Shown here piece by piece: positions 1 to 7,561 of a stretch of 43,615 nt of DNA. This DNA comes from Candidatus Hadarchaeota archaeon (lineage in GTDB: Archaea; Hadarchaeota; Hadarchaeia; Hadarchaeales; JAWBSP01). Within the stretch, counting starts at the first letter, position 1. The number at the start of each line of letters is the position of its first letter. The translations under genes were made by a program, and so were the position numbers. The stretch is taken from contig CAYYWO010000009.1 of NCBI GenBank assembly GCA_964474885.1, positions 1 to 43,615 of the forward strand, written 5' to 3'. The notes under the pieces were generated by a model. The model saw nothing but the letters and a program-made list of their open reading frames with translations, was not told the origin of the DNA and did no database searches.

Positions 1-2
1 GG

Positions 3-107
3 AGGAGCCAAGCGGAGGTTTCCAAGGCCGAGCGCCTGCTATCCTTCAAGGCTCAGATAGATCTAGACAAGGGGCTGAAGGAGATGCTAAGAGCCGGGAA
101 AGTCTAG
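3..107 (+). CDS. 3' end of NAD-dependent epimerase/dehydratase (partial, runs off window start)
   Basis: Frame 3 reads RSQAEVSKAERLLSFKAQIDLDKGLKEMLRAGKV*, matching the C-terminal 'ADISKA..LLGF.P...L.EGL' pattern of extended SDR epimerases; not in ORF track. Confidence 0.6.
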   Translation, partial: RSQAEVSKAERLLSFKAQIDLDKGLKEMLRAGKV

Positions 108-1367
108 CTCTCCCCTCGAGATTTCCCCCCTGTATTTCTCCCATTCCTGCTGCTTGATGTAAACAAAATGCTCAAAGAGGTACTCACCCAGTATTTCCCT
201 CACAAGCTGGCTTTGCCTCATGTACTCAAGCGCCCTCCCCAAGTTGTCGGGGAGTTCGTCTATTCCTAGCGCCTTCCGCTCGAATCTATCCATCTGACTG
301 GGATCCTTTTCAATGGGTTCCGGGGGTTCCAACTTCCTCCTCACCCCTTCCAAACCAGCAGCAAGAATGATCGCAAACTGCAGGTATGGATTGCCTGCCA
401 CATCTGGAGATCTCACCTCTATAGAAGTCTCCCTGCCCCTAGCCGCTGGCACTCTAATACAGGCTCTCCGGTTCAAGTTTGACCAGCATATGTACGCTAC
501 ACCAGAAACTATCCTCTTGAAAGAATTCACCCTAGAGTTAAGGATCGCACAGATTTCCTTGGCATAATGGAGGAGGCCCGCAATGAAATGAAGGGCGACC
601 TTACTCAGCCGGTAAGGGCCCCTCGAATCGTAAAAGCCGTTTTTGCCATCCAGAGTGAAGAGAGAGCAGCATACGCGCATTCCGGAGCCTTCTATGCCTT
701 GAGCCGGCTGAGGCATGAAACTCACAAAAGCACCATTTTGTTCCGCGGTCACCTTAGCAGCATGCTTGAATCTAACGACCCAATCGGCAGAGTTCAGAGC
801 ACTCGTCCCTGCCAGACTTACTTCATGCTGGTTGGGAGCAATACCCTGGCCTGACCCCTCCACTTTCACACCCATCTGCGAAAGGTACTCGATCATGTCC
901 TCCCGCACACGCTCACCCTTGTCCGTTAATTCAACAAACCGATTTAGACCCTCCCTCGGGAACAGGAAGAAGTCGCAACTAGTTGCAGTCCGCGGAAGCC
1001 AACCTGATTTTCTGGCTTCCTCCACCACTTTCTCCAGACAAGCCCTTGGATCTCCTGAAAATCTCTTCTTCTCCTCATCCTCCACACGGCAGAGCATCGC
1101 TGCTACGTACCGTCGCCATGGGAGGACAACAAAGGTTTCGGGCAGGGGGAAGAGATAGAGGTCTCTCTTTTCGGGAGCTGGGTACCCCAGAACCAGCGAG
1201 TTATCACAAGGTACTCCCTTCTCAAAGGCATCTTCAAGCTTCGTTGCGGGGATCGTCACATTCCTCACTTCTCCGAGGAGATCTGCAAACTGGATTTGAA
1301 CGAACCTTATCCCGTTCCGCTTGACTGCCTCGAAAACTTCCCTGCTTGACATTTCCGTCTCCTTCAT
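87..1367 (-). CDS. Glutamine synthetase type I-like protein with degenerate active site
   Basis: GS fold motifs QFADLLG, GDPR, QHEV, FMPxP..GSGM, NSFKR, NR..CIRVP, IEVRSPD..NPYL present, but several catalytic/metal residues replaced (see findings). Confidence 0.85.
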   Translation of the reverse strand: MKETEMSSREVFEAVKRNGIRFVQIQFADLLGEVRNVTIPATKLEDAFEKGVPCDNSLVLGYPAPEKRDLYLFPLPETFVVLPWRRYVAAMLCRVEDEEKKRFSGDPRACLEKVVEEARKSGWLPRTATSCDFFLFPREGLNRFVELTDKGERVREDMIEYLSQMGVKVEGSGQGIAPNQHEVSLAGTSALNSADWVVRFKHAAKVTAEQNGAFVSFMPQPAQGIEGSGMRVCCSLFTLDGKNGFYDSRGPYRLSKVALHFIAGLLHYAKEICAILNSRVNSFKRIVSGVAYICWSNLNRRACIRVPAARGRETSIEVRSPDVAGNPYLQFAIILAAGLEGVRRKLEPPEPIEKDPSQMDRFERKALGIDELPDNLGRALEYMRQSQLVREILGEYLFEHFVYIKQQEWEKYRGEISRGELDFPGS

Positions 1368-1392
1368 TACTTAACCCGAATTGACTTTTTGA

Positions 1393-2253
1393 ATGAGACA
1401 TGTAAACCTTCGGCATGTCAAGAAGCTCATACCCAAGAGAAGGGGGCCCTCGCACAAGGGGGAGCACGGAGTACTTGTTATCATCGGTGGGAGTTCCCGA
1501 TATTCAGGTGCTCCAGCACTGGCGGGACTCTCGGCTTTGCGTAGTGGCGTAGATTTAGCAATCGTTTGCTCCCCGGAAGAAACAGCAAAGATCATCAGGG
1601 GCTACTCCCCTGACTTGATCGTGATCTCTCTACCTTGCACGGATCTCGACAAGAATTCTGTCAACCTCATCGTCCAAGAGCTTCAAAAAGCCACGGCGGT
1701 AGCTATAGGGCCGGGTTTGGGGACCTCACCTCACACTAAGGAAGCTGTCCGCGAACTCCTGATCAAAATGCCCGAGATCCCCGCGGTAATAGATGCCGAT
1801 GCTCTAAAGATACTCGCTGAAAGTAAAGATCTGCTGAGGAAAAATTTCGTCCTAACTCCTCACGCGGGAGAATTCAAGATCCTGACAGGCGAGGAGCTTG
1901 GAGAGGACGTAAAAGAGAGAGCGGAAGCCGTTGAGCGTTTTTCGAAGGAAATGGGGTGCACCGTTGTCCTGAAGGGTCACGTTGACATCATAGCAGGGGA
2001 TGGAAAGGTTTATGCGAACAAAACTGGAAATCCCGGCATGACCGTGGGCGGGACAGGAGATGTCCTTACTGGAGTCATCGGTAGCTTTCTCGCCCAAGGG
2101 TTGCGCCCTCTCGATGCTTCTCTGGTTGGGACCTTCGTGGTGGGAAGGGCAGGAGACTTGTGTTTAGCAGAAAAGGGTTATTGGTTCACCGCCACCGATG
2201 TGGTCGGAAAAATACCTTACATACTTAAAAAGATATGGCAAGGTTCGAGGTAG
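1393..2253 (+). CDS. nnrD: ADP-dependent NAD(P)H-hydrate dehydratase (YjeF C-terminal domain only)
   Basis: [52 protein letters not shown] motifs. Confidence 0.9.
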   Translation: MRHVNLRHVKKLIPKRRGPSHKGEHGVLVIIGGSSRYSGAPALAGLSALRSGVDLAIVCSPEETAKIIRGYSPDLIVISLPCTDLDKNSVNLIVQELQKATAVAIGPGLGTSPHTKEAVRELLIKMPEIPAVIDADALKILAESKDLLRKNFVLTPHAGEFKILTGEELGEDVKERAEAVERFSKEMGCTVVLKGHVDIIAGDGKVYANKTGNPGMTVGGTGDVLTGVIGSFLAQGLRPLDASLVGTFVVGRAGDLCLAEKGYWFTATDVVGKIPYILKKIWQGSR

Positions 2254-2381
2254 CGGAGAAGAGACTGTTCAACGTTAAGATCTGCATGAAGTGCAACGCT
2301 AGAAACCCCTGGCGGGCCGAGAAGTGCAGGAAGTGTGGGTATAAGGGGCTAAGGCCTAAAGCGAGGGAACTCAGAGCCTAA
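2235..2381 (+). CDS. rpl40e: 50S ribosomal protein L40e
   Basis: Read manually (below ORF-track cutoff): [48 protein letters not shown], the classic archaeal L40e C4 Zn finger. Confidence 0.95.
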   Translation: MARFEVAEKRLFNVKICMKCNARNPWRAEKCRKCGYKGLRPKARELRA

Positions 2382-2596
2382 AGCAACTTCCTGTGCTTTG
2401 CGCAGGATATGCAGACGTATGCCTTCCTGGGTTGGACAAATACACGCCGGCTATCCACTCCAGGGATCTTATCTAGATTGAACCTGCGGTGAATCACGAC
2501 TGCCTTTATCCTAGGCACGAGTCTCCCGCAAAAAACGCACTCAACGGGCTGGCTTCTCCCTCCGGCTTTGTACAATCCCCACTTCTTCCCCATCAA
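2378..2596 (-). CDS. rps26e: 30S ribosomal protein S26e (short form)
   Basis: [21 protein letters not shown] ... [13 protein letters not shown] matches the eS26 pattern V.C..CG..VP.DKA ... YC.SCA.H. Confidence 0.8.
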   Translation of the reverse strand: MMGKKWGLYKAGGRSQPVECVFCGRLVPRIKAVVIHRRFNLDKIPGVDSRRVFVQPRKAYVCISCAKHRKLL

Positions 2597-2622
2597 AATG
2601 TTGGGTCTTGTAACATAAGAAG

Positions 2623-2915
2623 GGGTGGCGTGCCGGCCGTAACCCGCCTTCTGTTCTAGGCGGCATTTGACTATGCGGGCTACCCCCGCCTCAGGCAGGA
2701 CTCATCAGCGGTGCTTGCCCTTGCACCCCGTGGGCCGGCCGTTTCATCCCCGTCCGCCCATCTCAACTTCCGTATCATCGTAGAGAGCGGAGGGGTGTCG
2801 TTTCTGTTCCGGGAGCAGGCCTCTCGGCCTAGCCCTTGCGGGCTCACGGTCCTGCCAGGTGGGCGGAGTTTCCTCAGGCCCGAAGGCCCGAAGGCCGCCC
2901 GCCGGCTCACCACCC
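2623..2915 (-). ncRNA. rnpB: RNase P RNA (archaeal, type A-like)
   Basis: Minus strand has GAGGAAACUCC (CR-I), AACAGAAACG, GAAACGGC, GGGUGCAAG and AACAGAAGGCGGGUUA (CR-V). P1 is GGGUGGUGAGCCGGC/GCCGGCACGCCACCC; P6 GGCAGGA/UCCUGCC and P8/P9 hairpins are present. TATA-like TTTAAAAA about 30 nt upstream. Confidence 0.95.
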
Positions 2916-2974
2916 TATTAAACTAGCTGTCACAGATGAAAACCTTTTTAAAGAGGGGGGATGAGTGTGTCCGA

Positions 2975-4090
2975 ATGAAGACGACCGTGTCTGTAATAAA
3001 GTGTGACGTAGGATCCCTGGCCGGGCATCACGTTGTTCCCCAACCACTGTTCAACATTGCCGAGAGAAAGATGAAAGAAGCCAAGGAGACCGGCTTGATA
3101 AATAGCTACTTTGTCTTCAACGCGGGTGACGACCTAGAGCTCCTGATGGTGCACACGAAGGGAGAAAACAACCCAGAGATACACAAACTGGCTTGGGAGA
3201 CCTTCCAAGAGGCTGCCAAGAAAGCATTGGATCTGAAGCTGTATGCTGCTGGACAGGACATCCTCAAAACAGCCTTCAGCGGAAACATAAGGGGAATGGG
3301 GCCTGGGGTTGCTGAAATGGAATTCGAGGAAAGAAAGTCGGATCCCGTAATCGTCTTTGCTGCCGATAAAACGGAACCCGGGGCCTTCAACTTCCCGCTG
3401 TTCCGCATCTTCGCGGACCCCTTCAACACAGCAGGACTTGTGATCGACCCCAATATGACGGGCGGCTTCAAGTTTGAGGTCATGGATGTCTACGAGAACA
3501 AGAAGGTCGTCCTGAAGGCTCCAGAAGAGATGTATGAAATCATTGCGTTGATCGGGAATCCAGGTCAGTACGTCGTGTCCCACGTCTGGAGAGCCAGCGA
3601 TGATCTTATCTGTGCCGCGACCAGTACGACGAGGCTGGCACTGATAGCTGGGAAGTATGTTGGAAAGGACGACCCAGTGTGTATCGTGAGAGCTCAGCAT
3701 GGACTTCCAGCAGTAGGAGAGGTTCTAGCACCCTTCATGCACTCCTTCTGGGTTGAGGGATGGATGAGAGGCAGCCACTGGGGCCCCCTGATGCCAGTGG
3801 GGCTGAAGAACTCCAGGTGCTGTGTCTTCGACGGGCCGCCTAGGATCGTTGCTCTAGGATTTCAAGTGGCTAATGGGAAGATCGCTGAGGATGACAATGG
3901 TAAACCAATGATCGCTGACCTCTTCGACGACCCGTCCTTTGACTTGGCGAGAAGAGAGGCAACCGAGTATGCCGCTATGATCAGACGGATGGGAGAGTTC
4001 GAGCCGGCTAGACTGGGTAAAGAGTCCATGGAGTACACGACGCTCCCCAGCGTCCTAGAAAAGCTCAAGAGTAGATTCGTTCCGGCCTAG
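2975..4090 (+). CDS. fbp: Bifunctional fructose-1,6-bisphosphate aldolase/phosphatase
   Basis: KCDVGS.AGH, GDDLEL, YAAGQD, DKTEPGAFN, YVGKDDP, GWMRGSH motifs; second Met (2975) chosen as start. Confidence 0.95.
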   Translation: MKTTVSVIKCDVGSLAGHHVVPQPLFNIAERKMKEAKETGLINSYFVFNAGDDLELLMVHTKGENNPEIHKLAWETFQEAAKKALDLKLYAAGQDILKTAFSGNIRGMGPGVAEMEFEERKSDPVIVFAADKTEPGAFNFPLFRIFADPFNTAGLVIDPNMTGGFKFEVMDVYENKKVVLKAPEEMYEIIALIGNPGQYVVSHVWRASDDLICAATSTTRLALIAGKYVGKDDPVCIVRAQHGLPAVGEVLAPFMHSFWVEGWMRGSHWGPLMPVGLKNSRCCVFDGPPRIVALGFQVANGKIAEDDNGKPMIADLFDDPSFDLARREATEYAAMIRRMGEFEPARLGKESMEYTTLPSVLEKLKSRFVPA

Positions 4091-4830
4091 GGTACAAACA
4101 GGTCCTCTGCTTCCGGTCTAAGGATTTCGGTTATTGGTTTTTCTCTTCTTTCATACTTAACGCCTCTCACAAGAACCGCCGGAACTCCTTCGTCTGCCTC
4201 CCCCATGACCAGATTTGCCGCAGCAGCAACCGCATCCACAATACAAACCAACGTCTTCTTCAGAGTTCTCCCATACAAATCCTTTTTCCCTCGATAGTCC
4301 AGCATCGGGTCGATGCCTGAGATCCCGATTGCATACCCTACTACACCTCTCCTGAAAGCCCTGCCACTCGTGTCACTTATTATGACGGCAAGCTTCTTCC
4401 CCGTGAATTCTTCCAACTTCTTTCTAAGGCAACGAGCGCTCCTGTCGGGATCCCGCGGCAACAGCAACAGCTCCCCGGGAGGAGCGTTGGAGCTGTCGAC
4501 CCCCGAATGAGCACAGACAAATCCATGACGGGTCCTCGTGATCAGGCTTCCCTTTGCTCTCAGCACCTGGACTGAGTTGGACAGAATCACCTCAACCTCT
4601 CTGGCATCCCTCCCAAGGCCTTCCGCCAGCCTCAGTGCCTCCGGACTGGGCTTCACTTCCGATAACCTGATGGTGCTCCCCTCGGCTTTGGACACCAACG
4701 TTTGTGCGACGACCAGTATGTCCCCGTCTTCGACCTGCAGCCCGTTTTCACGTATGGCTTTGATCAAGAGAAAAGCCAGGTCGTCTCCCTTCGACACGAG
4801 AGGTATGCCTCTTATGGGTATGAATTGCAT
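4087..4830 (-). CDS. cofE: Coenzyme F420-0:L-glutamate ligase
   Basis: GDDL, VSKAEG, GVDSSN, LLPRDPDRSA, ISDTSGRAFRRG, DLYG, GEADEGVP motifs. Confidence 0.93.
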   Translation of the reverse strand: MQFIPIRGIPLVSKGDDLAFLLIKAIRENGLQVEDGDILVVAQTLVSKAEGSTIRLSEVKPSPEALRLAEGLGRDAREVEVILSNSVQVLRAKGSLITRTRHGFVCAHSGVDSSNAPPGELLLLPRDPDRSARCLRKKLEEFTGKKLAVIISDTSGRAFRRGVVGYAIGISGIDPMLDYRGKKDLYGRTLKKTLVCIVDAVAAAANLVMGEADEGVPAVLVRGVKYERREKPITEILRPEAEDLFVP

Positions 4831-4854
4831 CTAATACTGTGACCGTATATACGG

Positions 4855-5817
4855 ATGGTTAGATTCGGCTTGGAAATAGTCCCGTACCATCCCGTGCAGA
4901 CCTGCGTCGAAATAGCGAGGAAAGCGGAGGAAATCGGTATTGACCAAGTGTGGGTCTGCGAACACTTTCACAACAGGCATGCATACTCAGTGCTCACCGC
5001 CATCTCCCTCCAAACGGCTAGAGTAAGGTTGGGCCCTGGCATCACGAATCCTTACCTGACGCATCCGGTTTTAACTGCTACTGCCATTGCTACACTGAAC
5101 GAGGTCTCAAAAGGTAGGGCTTTGCTCGGTATCTCAGCGGGGGATCCCATCTTTCTCACCACTGCCGGCATCCAGCAACGTAAACCTGTCACGGCCGTAA
5201 AAGAGGCCATTCAAATAATCCGCGGGATGCTGAGAGGTGAGACTGTCAACTTTCAGGGTGAGATATTCAACTGTCATGGAGTACGACTCCGATTCAAGGT
5301 ACAGGGTGGCATCCCGATATACGTGGGGGGCAGGAGACCTCGCATGCTGCGAATGGCTTCCGAGTTCGCCGACGGAGTGCTACTCAACGCGGGACACCCG
5401 GACGATGTCAGGGATTGCATAAGATATTTGGGAAACTCCACCATTGAAAAAGCAGCTTACGTGCCCCTCTCCTTGGAGGAGGATGTCCAGCTGGCAAAAA
5501 GACTAGTCAAAGGTGTTATTTCTTTCATGGTCTCAAGCTATCCTCCAGATTCCCTGATCCAGCATGGGATAGACCCCCAGAAAGTGAAGGAAATACGTGC
5601 ATATTTGCTTGCAGGGCGACTCAACGAGGCCAGAAGCCTAGTCGACGACAAGATGGTCGACATCTTCGCTATCTGTGACCTCAAATCACTGGAAATGCGT
5701 GTGAGTGAGCTGGAAAAGATAGGTATCGACAGAGTAATCATAGGCTCACCGATAAGCCGCAATCCTGTTCAGGCCCTTGACCGAATAAAATGTGTGATGA
5801 GCTATGAAGTGTCCTAA
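4855..5817 (+). CDS. mer: F420-dependent LLM oxidoreductase, Mer-like (methylene-H4MPT reductase family)
   Basis: FGLEIVP, WVCEHFHNR, LGPGITNPY, ATAIATLNE, LGISAGD, DGVLLNAGHP resemble Mer; divergent from cofE; exact substrate not certain. Confidence 0.7.
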   Translation: MVRFGLEIVPYHPVQTCVEIARKAEEIGIDQVWVCEHFHNRHAYSVLTAISLQTARVRLGPGITNPYLTHPVLTATAIATLNEVSKGRALLGISAGDPIFLTTAGIQQRKPVTAVKEAIQIIRGMLRGETVNFQGEIFNCHGVRLRFKVQGGIPIYVGGRRPRMLRMASEFADGVLLNAGHPDDVRDCIRYLGNSTIEKAAYVPLSLEEDVQLAKRLVKGVISFMVSSYPPDSLIQHGIDPQKVKEIRAYLLAGRLNEARSLVDDKMVDIFAICDLKSLEMRVSELEKIGIDRVIIGSPISRNPVQALDRIKCVMSYEVS

Positions 5818-6448
5818 CTGTGGCTCCAAGTTTGTAATAGAGAGTTACGATCGAACCACGGGGAGGGTGGTCTACACCTGTCCTATTTGCGGAGCTCGGT
5901 GGTTTCGGGAAGAGATCAGACTCCCCGGGGCCGAAGAAGAGGAGGAAATTGTGGAAGAGGAAGAAGTCGAAATAGAGATAGAAAGACCAAAATGGCCCAT
6001 CGCAATAGCTGCCGCCTGCATTACCATCCTTGCTGTTTATCTTTTCATGCCACAGCTGCCCCAGCAGATCGCGGGCCTCTTGAAGGGAATGCTCCCCTCG
6101 GGAGAACAGCAGAGTGAACCCGAAACACCGGAAGCTGAGGAAGTCTCCCCTTATGAGGAGCCCTTCGTTAATCTAACACAAGCTGTGAGGAATAAGGACA
6201 CCGTGCTCGCCTTCAGCTGTTTTTCCTCTAGGATAAGGAACCTCTACGTGCAACAGGAAATGGAGGAAGTTTTAAATCAGCTGAGCGGAGAAAACGTCAC
6301 TTTTGAGCTTCGGTACTTCGATCCCTTTCGCGGTGATGCGATTGTGCTTACCACAGTGGGGCCCGTCAACGGAAAATACAGGATAAGAATGGTCGAAGAG
6401 GGTGGGTACTGGCTTATCGATAACTGGATCGAGGACTTCCTCCCTTGA
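5804..6448 (+). CDS. Hypothetical membrane protein: N-terminal Zn ribbon, acidic tract, one TM helix, C-terminal NTF2-like domain
   Basis: CPNC...CPIC; EEEEEIVEEEE; hydrophobic IAIAAACITILAVYLFM; C-terminal RMVEEGGYWLID typical of NTF2/DUF4878-like folds (inference). Confidence 0.6.
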   Translation: MKCPNCGSKFVIESYDRTTGRVVYTCPICGARWFREEIRLPGAEEEEEIVEEEEVEIEIERPKWPIAIAAACITILAVYLFMPQLPQQIAGLLKGMLPSGEQQSEPETPEAEEVSPYEEPFVNLTQAVRNKDTVLAFSCFSSRIRNLYVQQEMEEVLNQLSGENVTFELRYFDPFRGDAIVLTTVGPVNGKYRIRMVEEGGYWLIDNWIEDFLP

Positions 6449-6956
6449 TGCTCTTCTCGAGTTTTGATGGAATTGACTCGATATCCCCTTCCAGACCGAA
6501 GTAGCTCAAAAACTTTTGGGTCGGACGGATGATTTTAGTTCGCTGGTAGTTGCGTGTTTCGATGAAGCCTAACTGAGAAAGCAGTCTTATGTGCTCGTAA
6601 ATATGCTTCCCCCGCAGCCTAACTATATCCTTTTGAAAAACGTGGGGGCCCTGATACGCGATCAGGGCTAGAGTTTTTAGCACACCTTTTGAAAGCCTAA
6701 CCTTGGGCACCAATCCTGATTTGGTAAGTCTCTCCAGGTATTGCTCCCGCAGACGCAGGCGAACGGAGGAGCCCTGAAGCACTAGCTTGAAAGGTCTGCC
6801 CCTCCTCTCCAGCCTCTGCCTAAGCCTCTCAAGTACCTTCTTGACATACGAGTCGGAAGAAGTACCGATAAGCCTTTTTACTTCCTCAATTGAGAGAAAA
6901 CCTTCCCTAGCGATGAGCGTCGCTTCCACCAGATTGCAATCAGCATCCAGACTCAT
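6414..6956 (-). CDS. scpB: SMC-Scp complex subunit ScpB (kite)
   Basis: VEATL, LSKGVLKTLALIAYQGP, QKDIVRLRG, GFIE, T.KFLSYFGL tandem-wHTH motifs; coupled to scpA. Confidence 0.92.
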   Translation of the reverse strand: MSLDADCNLVEATLIAREGFLSIEEVKRLIGTSSDSYVKKVLERLRQRLERRGRPFKLVLQGSSVRLRLREQYLERLTKSGLVPKVRLSKGVLKTLALIAYQGPHVFQKDIVRLRGKHIYEHIRLLSQLGFIETRNYQRTKIIRPTQKFLSYFGLEGDIESIPSKLEKSIKGGSPRSSYR

Positions 6957-7560
6957 CCTTGACCTTCACCTCCAGATCGTTTTCAAGCTGTACCAGGCTC
7001 ACCTTCTGTTCGGAAGCCAAAAAAACGAGAAGCAGAAAAAGCCTGACTATCTCCGAGCGGTCCCTTTTGGTTAGCAGATCGGAAAACCTCACAGGTCCGG
7101 GAAGCGAGTGTAGCCTGTCAAGGAGTTGACGCATGTGCTTCTCCAACTCGTGCTCAAAGTCGTGAAATACTATGCGCTCTCCTACTATCCTTGGCCTGCT
7201 GGTTTTCTTGTAGAAGATTTTTTTCGATTCCGCGATGGCTTCCTTAAGGGCATCCAGAAGTTCCCCAAGACCGACGGGGCGCGGAGAATACGTCATTGGA
7301 ACTAGCGGGCCTATGTCAGGAAGCTCAGGAACCTCTTCTTCATCTATGAGCTGCAACTGTTGCTTCCCGTTACTATTTCCGTCGGACTTCAAACGGAGAA
7401 GAGTTGAGGCTGACAGAACTCCCCTTCCGCATGTCCGAAGATCTGGTGATCTGAGTTGCTGCCGCAGCCAAGCATCCATCAGTCTGGCAATGTCTATTTC
7501 CCAGGGATCTAGTCTGCCCTCCGACACGAGTTCCAACAAAATGCTAAAAGGCTCATGCAT
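6940..7560 (-). CDS. scpA: SMC-Scp complex subunit ScpA (kleisin)
   Basis: LDPWEIDI, ASTLLRLKS, LGELLDAL, FSDLL...VRLFLLLVFL...V.L.Q motifs; ATG 7560 lies just after the smc stop. Confidence 0.92.
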   Translation of the reverse strand: MHEPFSILLELVSEGRLDPWEIDIARLMDAWLRQQLRSPDLRTCGRGVLSASTLLRLKSDGNSNGKQQLQLIDEEEVPELPDIGPLVPMTYSPRPVGLGELLDALKEAIAESKKIFYKKTSRPRIVGERIVFHDFEHELEKHMRQLLDRLHSLPGPVRFSDLLTKRDRSEIVRLFLLLVFLASEQKVSLVQLENDLEVKVKDESGC

Positions 7561-7561
7561 C

